From contig JBEWZL010000210.1 of assembly GCA_045837725.1 (NCBI GenBank), forward strand, positions 1 through 64,000: 64,000 bases of DNA, written 5' to 3'. Below, in pieces: positions 46,220 through 58,076 of the stretch; the first letter of the stretch is position 1, and each line of letters opens with the position of its first letter. Position numbers and translations under genes: made by a program. Under the pieces are notes generated by a model that ran no database searches, was not told the DNA's origin, and was given only the letters and a program-made list of their open reading frames with translations. The DNA comes from Vermamoeba vermiformis. Its lineage: Eukaryota.

Positions 46220-47806
46220 TTAATACAGCGCGTATCGCTTAAATATCGCTTTTGCAATACTCTCCAAGCCATTGATCGGTGATCGAAGATGATGAAACTG
46301 TTTGAAGATCTCGATCCAATTTTCGATCGGAAGCAGTTTTCTGATGGTTTCAGCGTTGCGTGCCATATTGTGAATTAATACAATCATATTTTGCTTCACT
46401 TCAGTCCATTCCTTTTCATATTGTTTGTTGCGTTCCGTGTACGGCTTAATAACCGTAAAATAGCCTTCTATCATATCACACTCGACCAAGAAGCAATTCT
46501 CTTCCATCATTTCAGTGAAAAGTTTGCGACTTTGTTCGGATGCGTCCTGTGAGAGTTCATGTCCTAACAAAAACTTCTTCAACGTCCTGTTTTTCTTCAA
46601 CATATTGCATAGCGTCGCAAAATCAAGATCTCTTAATATACCGTGAGTAATTCGGAACGATTCCAGCTTATTTTGAGATACAACTTCTGAAACGAGCTGA
46701 TCCAACACTGGAACGAAGAGATACACGTCCACATGCAAAAGTCTAAGTGTATTATTGACCTTCAATGCATTCGTAAGCTCCTCTATGATTTGATCGTTCG
46801 GTTCTGGAATTGTAATGTCCAATCTTTTCAACGTTGTGTTTTTCTTCAGAGCGTTGATGACTGAGATCCATTCTTGTGTGCTTGACGACGCAGTTACTGA
46901 CAATCCTGGGAGCTGTATATTGTTTTCCAATAACTTTGCAATTGGTTCCAAGCTGTCGTTGTAGTTTCTGTCGGCAATTATGAGGGTCAGATCCGTTGTT
47001 GATTTTCGGTGTTTGAGTCCTTCACATAACTCGGTCAATAACGCTAGACTGATGTTGCAGATGTTTAAGTTACAGGATGCTATTGTATCAGAAGCACATA
47101 GTACTTCTGTAATAGCCGGAATAGCAGTGACCAGATCGCAACGGGAAAATGTCACTGTTGTTACGCTTTTGTTCGTTTTCAATGCTTCAGCGAATTCTCT
47201 TGAGCTTTTGCTTGATAACAGTCCTAAGCGTAATGTTGTAATATGCTTGTTGTTCTTAACGAGGTTGATCATAGCAGCGCATTCATCGTCGTTTAAAGGT
47301 CTGTCAAGAATGTACGGAATAGTGTTGATGTTTGCGTTAACCAATGCGTTAATAATAGGGACTGTTGTGGGTATATTGCATTCTTCCAATGACAGCACCA
47401 AGAAGCGATCCGGATCCATCGAATCTGCCAAAGCTTGACATGCTTCTGGAGTGATAGTGGCACATCGTACAGGCATGGCACGGACCTGAGGTAGTTTCAT
47501 GATCTTTGCCAAATAGGGAGCTGTATGTTCGGTGATTGTAAACTGGGTCAACGCAATGCCGCGGCAATTCGGTAGCTTTTCCACCAAATCCAAAACGCAG
47601 GCCAGATCTTCCGCCTCGAATTCTACCAGATTAACTTCAATGACGTCTGGGGAGGGTAATATCAATTTTGTGAACTCTCTGAGGCTTGCAAGCTCGTCGC
47701 CATAGCCTCCAACGGTGTCCATATGATAAATGAATTTCTTTCCACCCAAAAAATCTAAAAAATCAGGCATCGAGCCCCAAGTGTTCCTATTAATGTGGTA
47801 CTTCAT
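46220..47806 (-). CDS. Intronless RNI-like leucine-rich-repeat protein, 528 aa
   Basis: Repeated ALKxNxTLxxLxL units of ~28 aa. Confidence 0.88.
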   Translation of the reverse strand: MKYHINRNTWGSMPDFLDFLGGKKFIYHMDTVGGYGDELASLREFTKLILPSPDVIEVNLVEFEAEDLACVLDLVEKLPNCRGIALTQFTITEHTAPYLAKIMKLPQVRAMPVRCATITPEACQALADSMDPDRFLVLSLEECNIPTTVPIINALVNANINTIPYILDRPLNDDECAAMINLVKNNKHITTLRLGLLSSKSSREFAEALKTNKSVTTVTFSRCDLVTAIPAITEVLCASDTIASCNLNICNISLALLTELCEGLKHRKSTTDLTLIIADRNYNDSLEPIAKLLENNIQLPGLSVTASSSTQEWISVINALKKNTTLKRLDITIPEPNDQIIEELTNALKVNNTLRLLHVDVYLFVPVLDQLVSEVVSQNKLESFRITHGILRDLDFATLCNMLKKNRTLKKFLLGHELSQDASEQSRKLFTEMMEENCFLVECDMIEGYFTVIKPYTERNKQYEKEWTEVKQNMIVLIHNMARNAETIRKLLPIENWIEIFKQFHHLRSPINGLESIAKAIFKRYALY

Positions 47807-48190
47807 ATTCCAAGTTGTTAATAAGCGTCATAATTACAAGTTGATTTACTTACTAGATCACACTTTGGACACAGTACTGCATCGCCCTCAGGCAGCTCGC
47901 TTTGACATAACGAGCAATTCATTGTTCTTTATAAAATTATTCAGAAAAAATGGTTGAAGGAGAAGATTTACTTCTAACGCAGCATAATTTTGAATTTATG
48001 CGAATAATGCGCAATTTATTGAGACTGATGAATCACAATATGCCCGATGACGAGACATGTATTGATTAAAAAAATTGTGTTTTTGTTCTAGATATTTACA
48101 TCGCGGTGTCTGGCACCAAAATAACACCTTTTATAACAAAAAGTTGTTCTGTTCAAATCACAATCCATAATTCTACCTGTGGTGATGGGC

Positions 48191-51100
48191 CTAATATTTT
48201 TCCCACTGAATATGTCTCGATAGAGGTGCATTAGGGTCCTCATCGCCAGTGTCCATACAATAATGCAAATTGCCAAAAATGTAAAATTGGCTGCCCGTTC
48301 CTTTCTTCTGATTGTCGCGCAAGTGTTGCGTCAACAGTGCCGGGCTCCATTCAGGTCCATAAGGCAAGTAAGCGCCTTCGCCATAATTAATAGCATTAGT
48401 ATTATTAGCACCATTGTCGTTGCCATTGTTGTTGTTGTCGGCCAAATCCACGAATCCACCGCCGCCATTGTCAAGAGCCATTTCAAATGCCATTTGTTCG
48501 CCCGATGTTTTTTCCGATTGCTCTTGAGCATATTGCATCATTAGGGTCTTTGCGAGTGACTTCGGCGTGTGCATCTGACTTCGGAATTTTGCAATGGTCA
48601 GATCACGATCCGCATTTTTCGGTGTGAATAGAGCTGGAATCATATTACTATGATTGACTAGCAAAGATCCAAAGCCTCTTTGACTATACTTCATTTGTCG
48701 CTTCTCGTGGCTTCTAGTCTGTCGTCCAAAGTGCTGCAGATCTACAAAGTTCATGCGCGTGTTCAACGCCCTGATTGCCCTATTACCTCAACATTAGTAC
48801 ATATCCGCATATGACAATATTAATATCATTGACTTACCTCGGCAAGGCAAACACATTGTTACCATCATATAATACACTGACGCAATCCAAGTCGTACATG
48901 GCCACGATATCTTCGGGCTTTTGGAACAACGCCAAAATGATTTGAATGTTGCGCTGAGGATATTGCGAGCACAAAGTCAACGCGTTCTTAGTACGTACTA
49001 CTACAATGTTGAATGCACCAACATGTCGCGCCAACTTATCGTGAATTCGCCGGATCTGTACAGAGCCAAAATTAGAATACGGCGCGAATTTTTGCAAAGA
49101 CTGACCTTATCCTCCGCTTCTTCTTGCGTCATTCCAACAAAATAAATATCAATGTCAGAATTAGCCCACTCGCTGTTCATCGTGTTCAATTCATGCGAAG
49201 GCGTGCACGGTTCAAGTGAGGCCAAGACAGCACCGCCAGACACGACTGTTCGGTCCCACTCAAAGTCCACGAAGAAATTATTCGTGAGTTTGTCGAAGCG
49301 CGAGATGAACTGGCTTAGGGAAGGCACGATAGACGAGCTGCCTTCTTCAAACGCAGAAAATTGTTGCAAATACTTGGTGGAGGGCGGAACAATGACCGGG
49401 AAGTAACGCTCTTCGTCGTCGAGATTTCTGACTTGGAACAAGTCTCGTTGATCATAAACATTGATCAACAGCTCCCTGCTGAACTTTGACTTGCCTAAAA
49501 AGTATAAAGTGTCAGATCTGAGTTCGACATTATGACACGTGTCACATACCAGCTTCGATGAGACGTTTGTAAGTTGAATTCTCAAACTCAATTGCTGAGT
49601 CGATGATGTAATTCGTGAGCAGCGGAATAACTTTTTGCTTGTCTCTCTTAATGTTCTTCAAGCGCAACAAAGATTTGAACGGTAATCGGGCCATGACCAA
49701 CTGTAACATGGCATCTGGAATACCCTAAAATATCAATATCAGTAACATATTTGATTATCATATGTTGCAAGGCTTACTTGGAGTGCACCACGCATAATCT
49801 CGGGCCATTTCTCGATTTTCTTCTCACGCATTAACAGGCGTGAAAATTCTTGGGCAAATTGTTCGCGCTCGGTCCAAGTTGGAAGCAAAAGTCGCTCCAT
49901 GAGTGGAAAACTTGCTGTGAGTTCATCAACTTCCATCGGCTCTTCTTGTTTAGAGGCTCTACTACTAGACTTGAACTTGCCTTTTTTAGAATTGCCTCCC
50001 TTTTGGTACGTGTTCTGTTGCTCGGCACTTTCAGCCTCGAGCTCAGCTCTATGTTGTTCGTACCACTTTCGCAACTGCTTGGCTTGAGGCAACTTAGTGT
50101 TGACGTCAAATCTAACTGAAGCGTGCTTCGTGTTGATCGTTTTGAAGCCCTTGTATTCGTTGACATAAGCACCAGTGACTAAGAACACTTGGCCTTTTTG
50201 CACGGGAGACTCTTCAGCGAATGAATACCACAACACGAGTTGGCTCTTGGTGTTCGTTTGGTCGTTGATGTAGATCGTTCTCTTCGGCATGTCATTGCCT
50301 GTGTTGGGCGATTTCAAGAAGCCCAAAGGACCCACATCAGTAGCCACGGCGACGAAATCTACGAGATGCATTAAGTCGGACCGTAATAATGAAGCCATAG
50401 TACTTACCAACTACTGAGCCATGAGGCAGCTCTCTGATGCTCGCCAAGTCTTGCAAATTCAGCTCTCGTTTAGGGAAGGTATGTGCATCTGCAGGGCTTG
50501 GAATGACTTGCGTGTTGTAATTGAAATTCAACTCATAGTTGTTTTTGACGAGTGCAATGCCCTTTGCGTAAGCAAATTTGACAATGGGATCAACGATGAC
50601 GAACACCTGTCACATGCCAAGTTAACTATTGAATGGATCTACGGTAGTATAAATAAATTAGTCTTACCTTGTCTTCTTGTACGACATCATACCACTGTTT
50701 GGCTTGTTCGTTGTAAGCAACACAACGAAGCCCGTCTCGCTGACAGTAGCAACGTTAGTAATGAACTAGATATATGTGAACTGCACCAATAAGGACTTAC
50801 GTGTTGATCAATCATTTCAAAGTAGAAGAAACAACCCTCCTTGGTATGCTTCTTGTCCACGCCCCACTGGAACATTTGTGATTTGTAAATGACGCGGCCC
50901 TTCACTGCAATAACACCTGACGCATACGGACTGATTTCTTTGATGGTCATAAGCTTGGCTCCTTCAGGCAACTCAACTTCGTGTGCTTCCTCGCCGTCAT
51001 CAACCATTTCATCGTCAGAGTCATCGTTGGCCTCGTCATCCTCAGTTGGTAGGACAAATTTAGTGTTGTTGTTGTTATTAGCGCTCTTGGTATTATTATT

Positions 51101-54046
51101 CGCTAGGAATTCGTAGTTGGATTTCACGGTAGCCAAAATCTTCGAGTAAGGATTCGTGATGCTTTCAACGCTTGGCACAGAGCTTTGAATTTTTTGTTTC
51201 TTTTTGGGAGGCTCGACCACTTCTTCCGAACTATCGTCATCGTATTCGATTGAATCACACACGACGCTATCATCGTCTTCTTCGCTCTCTTCGATTGCAA
51301 CAATTGGCGCATCGCCAGGGAGCTTGAACTCGATCAAATATTTCACTCGTTGTTGGTTCCTAGAAATCCAATTGTTAGTTTTATATCACTTAGCCGGCAA
51401 GGGGGACGCGTACTTATTATAGACCACGTATTGGTCTTCTTGGAAACTGGTCTTAAAGTACTTTGTAGCCGGAACACCGTGACACGAGTGATAATTGATT
51501 GGTGCTGAGGTCAAATCGGGCTGTTGTTGCGTGAACTGTTTGACGTTTCCGAGTGCAACTTCAGAGCACACCATGAATCTGTTGCCTTTCTTCTTGCTCA
51601 CGGTGGAATAATTGACTGAAGTCGATGCTTGAGGAGCAAAGTACAATCCCGCACCAAGCAAACCCTAGGACATAAATGTTAAATTTCTTATACTATTCGC
51701 TACTTGGTTTAGTCCGTACGTAGTCCGTTCTATTGACGCCAAGGTTAGTGACTCGTTTTGGAAGCAAAAGACCTCGTGAAAGAATGCCAAGCCAGTTCTC
51801 TGTAGGACAATATTAGCAAATAGCAATATTACCACGAGGCTATCATTTCTTTACCTATTCTGGAACCATGGAATAACAACTTTCGATTGAAGATCGTGTT
51901 CGTGAAATGAGCGTCTTCGGAGCTTCGTTTGATTTTATAAACGTTCAAGACTTGAAGCTTATTTACCACGCTGTCCTCATCGGCTGGATCTTCGCCCTTT
52001 ATCGTCTTGATGAGCGACAAGTAGTCCCCGCTGTCGGTCGGTAACTCCGAAATTTCACAGTTTAGTGCTTTGTATTTGAACTCAACTTCGAGCTCGTTTA
52101 GAGACGTTCCCGAGGACTCTTCAGCGATCTAAATAATGTATTAGTATTAATTATGTATGCACAAAATTTCGAGTGCGTACCTTGGCAATATCTTTCATTA
52201 ATTGCACGAGCTCTTGTTTCTCTTGAAGTACGTCCAAGGAATCAATGACAGCACGTGACAGCTCTTCTTGTGACTTTCCAATGCGGTGGGGAATTACACT
52301 GTAAAACGAGTTCGACAACTTGTGCACGCGTTGTGTCACTTCCGGGGTAAGAAATCCTCCGCCCTAATACGAATTATTAGCTCAAATCAAAGTTAAGTTG
52401 TTATAGATGGCAATACCTCTAAAATGGGCTCGAGTTCAGCTAGAATTTCCCCGCCCTTTGCAATTTGTTCCACGGTCAAAATGCCCAATGGCGTTTCGAT
52501 GCCTTGCGGAGTAATTTTAGCCTGCACGATGCTCGTCAACATATTGGTGGCTTCATCGTAGATTTGGTTCACTAAGGTCTTGATCTTAGGCGAGATATTA
52601 ATCTTATCGATGTCGAATGTCTCTGCAAAGGTTCTCTTGCGCGGATTTGACGACTTTCGTGCATCTACTTTGCCGGCTCCAGTAATGATCTATTAACATA
52701 TTAATATTGAGTCATTGTGAACAATGAGTATTACATACTCCTGAGCCAATATTAGCTGATACCAAGTCGACTTCCATGTAGTTCTTTCGATCCGAGGATT
52801 TCTCGTCGTAAATCATTTTGAAAACCATCTGAATATTTTTCTTAGAAATTATGATCAATATAAATGGCGGTACTAACCTCGGCTTGTTCTTTGTTCGACA
52901 CATAACGGCATTCTCTTTTACCGCTCGTGTTGGGATCCTCGAGCTCATCAGTACGACCATAATGAGTAAATACACGCCAAAATGATCGCGAGCCTTCAGT
53001 TGCATTATGAATCTCCATGGCGTAGTACTTGTTTTGGTTGGTCTCGAGATCCGTACACTTGCAAAAATATTTAAAAATCAGAATTAAGTGTATTCATAAT
53101 ATTATTCTAGTATTTGAATTACTTACGTGAAACACTACTTTTTTAACTACATCAAACTTATCTGGGAAGTACGGAGCGCATCTGTCACCCCACGGATAGA
53201 TTTTCGTTAAGCCAAAGTATCTGGGGCGATAAGCCTGGGTTGCGGTGGTATTCGTCGTAATGGCATCATTGTCTGTGTATGTTGAAGGGTCGTTGGCGAG
53301 AAAAGTGATCGGATCCTGCAACAAAAATTTAAACACGAACCAGGGCGCAGTCAATTTAAACAAAGCTAATGACCAACACTTACATTTGAATAGGCTGCGA
53401 ATATAGTATTCTTATCTACCTCCTCGAGCTCAATCTTATAAATATCTTCGTCCAAAACAATGCCGCTGGCAATTGAATCGAAAAACCAAGCGGCGCTTAC
53501 CTACGATTGAAATTATAAGACAAAATACGCTATTGAAACGCGAACTTACAATATTACAATTATACTTTCGTGCAGTGTCGAGTTTATACTTGTTATACTT
53601 GACATCTTCGGTGGAAGTGATGACGTGCGTGCACTAAAGCAATAAATTAGCGCAAAACAATCTTGTAAATATTATTTGAAGTACAATAGCTATCGCGGGA
53701 GGCTATAATTTCCTGGAAAAGGTTGATCTGGTTGGGTGTATTTTCAAACTAGCTTACCTTCGAAGAAATAAATCCAGAATAATTACCGCCGTATTTTGAT
53801 ACAATTTTGGAGATATCCGCGGCGTGATTTGATACTCCAACACGAGCGATTGTCAAACCGCCAAACAGATGCTTTAAATCTTTTTGTTTTCTAGCTTCTG
53901 TCGTTGCTTGTTGTGCAACTCCGTCAGCTTCATCATAGAAAGATTTTACGTCGGGAAGCCACGCGAAGTCCACTGAGTAGGAAAAGAATTAAGAAAAATA
54001 ACGCACCTCGCACGAAATTAACTACCAGCATACCTTCGGCAGACAT
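48191..54046 (-). CDS. Multidomain PARP: BRCT-WGR-PARP regulatory-ART-OB-OB-F-box-like-nucleotidyltransferase-like
   Basis: BRCT (YGG..THVI..WFFDSI), WGR-like (NKYYAMEI..HYGR), regulatory domain (TPLGILT..FYSVIPH), ART (FHGSR, GAGLYFA..NYS, QEDQYVVY). Then RPA70 DBD-A/B-like folds and VSGGAVL..SDIDIYF..YDLDC..YDG..PR..KY..RGF. The junctions I translated, including ART to OB and OB to NTase, are in frame. The extreme C-terminus may extend to ~48096. Confidence 0.85.
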
Positions 54047-54342
54047 TTTAAGTTGTGGTGATTACGTCGTGAAATAATTTGTAATATGCAGCCGACGCGA
54101 AAACCCAAAAGAGAGACATCATTTCTGGGAATTTCTTCTGCCCACGTGCGCGTACTTGTCAACCCGTGACAGTTAGAAGACAGATGAAGTACCGCAGTGT
54201 ACGGGCCTGAGCTGCGTTGTTTACTTGGGAAGGCCAGGTGAGTTTTGGACCAAGGAACAAAATGGTCAAACTGGGTTTTCGCGGTTAACAGTTTTATCAA
54301 ATCACGAACAACAACACTAACGCTTGCTTTGCTATTGGAAAA
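54047..54342. promoter_or_regulatory. Probable bidirectional promoter
   Basis: Only 296 bp separate the divergent start codons of the PARP fusion and the F-box/LRR gene. Confidence 0.45.
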
Positions 54343-55990
54343 ATGGTAAGAATACATTAAAAAAGAGCCTGGCTCATAAACAACGAAGATCAGCAGAATG
54401 GATTCCTTATTTTTGGCTTATTCAACTTGCCAAAGAACCAAAATCACTTCTTTCTTAGCTCATGATTTTTACGAACGATAATTTAAATTTTTTTAAATTT
54501 TTTTCTCGCTACTAAACGATTAAATTTAGGATCTGAGCGATCTACCAGCAGAGCTTTTAGAAATGGTATTACAAAATATCAAGGACAAAAAAACACTTAG
54601 AGGAGCTCGTTCAGTCAATAGGTCATGGTTTAAAATTTTCCACAACGGCAAATTTGAATTTTATTTCACATCCAAAGACGACTGGAAGCAGATGTGCAAG
54701 ATTTTATCGAGATATCGTACTCCAATCAGCATCTCTCTCAAAAAGAACATATTACAATCGTTTAAAACCATACTTAAGTCAATAACAAAATTAACGACTC
54801 TGGTTTCGTTTTCGATGGATGTGGCTCATGGCAAAGACTTTCCTTCTACCAAAGAGTTGTTAAAATTATCAGTACTATCCAATTTGACGGAACTTAATGT
54901 TGGAATGAAACTTCCGAAAGAATTGAAATCCGTGATGCCGCAACTCCGGATGCACCTCGTGTACCAAGATGGACCAATGGATGACCTGGCTAGTTGTAGT
55001 AGCGTCACACTGACAAATAACGGTCGCATATCAATATCCAAACTGACGGCATTGCAACATTTGTCCTCTGAAAAGGCATTTTATGGCTTAACTTCAACGA
55101 ACCTGACTTCGCTAAGCTTGAAATCCACAAATAGAGCGATCGAAGATATTTTTAACGACCAATCAAATCACTTGTTGACGAACTTAAAGTCACTGGAGTT
55201 ACGCATGGCCGATAGCTACTGCGGATGTCTTCAATCCCTTGTCTTGTTGACTAATTTGGAAAGTCTATTAATAGATACAATGGCGGTCTCTAACGTTCAA
55301 CTATGCAAAACTTTTACCAAGTTGAAGTCGTTTACTTTGACAGGCTCGCCGTCCTTGGACTACGATGAAGATCTGTCGTTCTTATCAGACTTGACTAATT
55401 TAGAAACCCTTAACGTTCGATTGATCAACGATAGTTTCCGTAGCATAAGTCCTCTGACTAATGTCACACAATTAGATATTCAATCAGTGGTTGTGTATCT
55501 CGGTGGGGTCTCTATTTATCGCTACCCCAAGTTATGTGAATACTTTCCTAATTTGGAAACGTTGACATTAGACAGCGCCATGGGAGCAGATATTCACGGA
55601 ATTATTGGGCTAAGCAAACTAACTCGTCTTTTGTTAACACAATCGACCAATCCAACGGATGTAAGTCGCCTGACCCAATTGCGCGAGTTTACAATTGCAG
55701 AAAAGCAAATTGCATTAATTAAACACTGGACGAATTTGGAATGCCTGAGAATTAAGGAAATTTGCAATGAAGATTGGAAACATCAGATCGAGCACATGAC
55801 GAACTTGACGCAATTAGTTTTCAACGGCGCCGGTTTAACAAAAATCAATATTGCTAGTTTACCTACAAAACTGCAATTATTATCAGGCTCGATTGAACCA
55901 TGGAAAGAAAAGCAAACAAAAGACTTGCTCAAAGCATTGCCTAATTTGTATTATGTTGATATTCATCCCTGGAGAAGTGATTTTACGTAA
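54343..55990 (+). CDS. F-box/leucine-rich-repeat protein
   Basis: ATG-only exon, intron 54346-54529, then DLSDLPAELLEMVL..RSVNRSW F-box and LTNLxxLxL repeats. Confidence 0.88.
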
Positions 55991-56127
55991 TGTAACGATA
56001 CTTAGTAGATTGTTTGGTACCACTACTGCCGCACGTCAATAAGTCCAACGCCATGTAATAAACCCATTTTAAATGTTGTTTTCATGAATTTTCTTTTGAA
56101 GCTTGTACGCGAGCGTGACTTTATTAA

Positions 56128-57973
56128 TTAATTGAGTTTGCCGTTCAAATAATTGGTGAAGAACGCCAATGCCTCTAAAGGCTTGTACGTGGGTACCTGT
56201 CACACGAGCAAAGATTAGATCCAAAAATTCATTTGTTAGTAGCGACTTTATGCTTACCATGTGACCAGCGCCTTTAATCGTAATAAATGAAACGCTCTAA
56301 TGAAAATAAAGAACGTTAATAAATGGCGGTTATGGTTATGGATCTGATCCGCTTACTTGATCGTATTTAATCAAATAGCCACCGTTTTGAGTATAGCCCA
56401 ATTCATCAGTAACAAACCAGGGCTGCCAAGCTGCCTTGACGGGCAAACCGAGAGCTCTGACACATCGCTCGGTACCGAGGTACGGCACGCAACTGTCAGC
56501 ATCACCGCTGTACACGAGGATCTTCAATTTGCCGTTCATGAGTGCTTTGTAGTACGTGAACATTGTAGGCTCATATTGCACGTATTGAATGTGCGAAGAG
56601 CAGACGTCCCAGTCTTGGAATGAATTTGGCGACACGTGTAACGCCGCTTTCACTGATGCCTACGAAAAAGTAGATCCGTTAATCAATGCTAAAATTCAAT
56701 TGCAATACACATATTAGGCACTAAAATCACTTAAATATTAATGACATTGATTATGATTGTTAAGGCTGTCAGTTCGAATCTTTGGATCGGGATGCAGGAA
56801 CTTACCTGATTGACGTATTTAACGACATAATCGACGGCAATGCACGGAACAAATGTTTGACTACGAGGACCAGCACCCAAAGCGGTTCCATGAGTGAAGC
56901 ATCCGCCGTGTGGATCTGGACCACCACCAAGGCAGGGAGCGTAGATGTTATAAGGATTAATGTACTTAGTATTCGATGTTATGAGCTGGCTAACGAGGTC
57001 TTTGCAAGTCTGATTATTGTTCGGATAAATAACGCCATTGCAAATTTTCTTCGCGTTTTCGTAATCGACTTCGTTAAGTAAGGCGTGATTGGCAATAAAA
57101 TCAAAATAGCCATTTGCGTCGTATAAGTTGTCGAATGAAGGATTGCCAGCCATAAAGCCTTTAAAATTAATATCATTTTTGCCACGGGCGATCTGGTACG
57201 CCAATTCAGGAACGTAATGGCCAGCATAAGATTCGCCTAGGATAATACATTAAAAATGCTGTAAATATTTAAATATGACGTACCTGCAATATAGAAGTCA
57301 TTATTTTTGAATTTGTAGAACTGTTTGAACCATTCCAAAACGAATCTGTAATTGTCAGCGGCAGTTGTATTATCACCAACAGTGTAATTCTTGTCCAATG
57401 CATATGAAAATCCAACTCCGATCGGTGCCTCGACATAGATCATATTTGCGACCTTATTCCAGCTGTAGGGATTGATCTTAAGCGTTTTTCCATCGGGTTC
57501 ATATCACAAATAATCAGATCCGATCTACTAACGATATAAATATAATTATGAAGATACTTACGAACAGTAAATGGACCATGTTCAGTTAAAAAGCCAAGAA
57601 CACTCGAGCATCCACTAAGGCAGATCAAAAATTAATTTTCGTCATCTACGCGATCTTTAATTTAATTAATTATGAAAGTATCATCACTATTCCATCTAAT
57701 TTTTAAAACAACGAGATGAATAACTTACGGTCCTCCGTTCAGCCATAAAACGACAGGATCATTAGCAGGATTGTTCTGTGACTCCACAAACCAGAAAAAT
57801 AAATTCTTTCCTCGAACATTATCGACAGTAATATAGCCAGAATATTGAGTGAAGTTAATTTTGTCTGTCAAGCCCGGCAGATTCGTGATCGGTGCCACAA
57901 CTGTTGCTTGGCTCAATAGAGCGCAAGCTCCGAGACATATTGTTATATAAACTATAATGTTATATAGGTGCAT
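56128..57973 (-). CDS. Serine carboxypeptidase (peptidase S10)
   Basis: Signal peptide, QYSGYI, WLNGGPGCSS, GESYAG, YSGDAD, GAGHMVP. Confidence 0.96.
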
Positions 57974-58076
57974 TGTGTGCTATAAAAATAAACAAAGGAA
58001 CAAACGGGAAAATCTAATCATTTGCCTTGTCCCGCCAATGCATTAACAGCACTATTTATTTATAAGATGATATAAT

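Noticed and set aside
48088-48200. PARP fusion as a pseudogene because of the TAG at 48191
   Set aside because: The stop follows an A-run at the extreme C-terminus, after all domains. It is either the real end or a homopolymer error.
54022-54357. 111-aa minus-strand ORF
   Set aside because: It spans the divergent promoter and both start exons, with no recognisable protein features.
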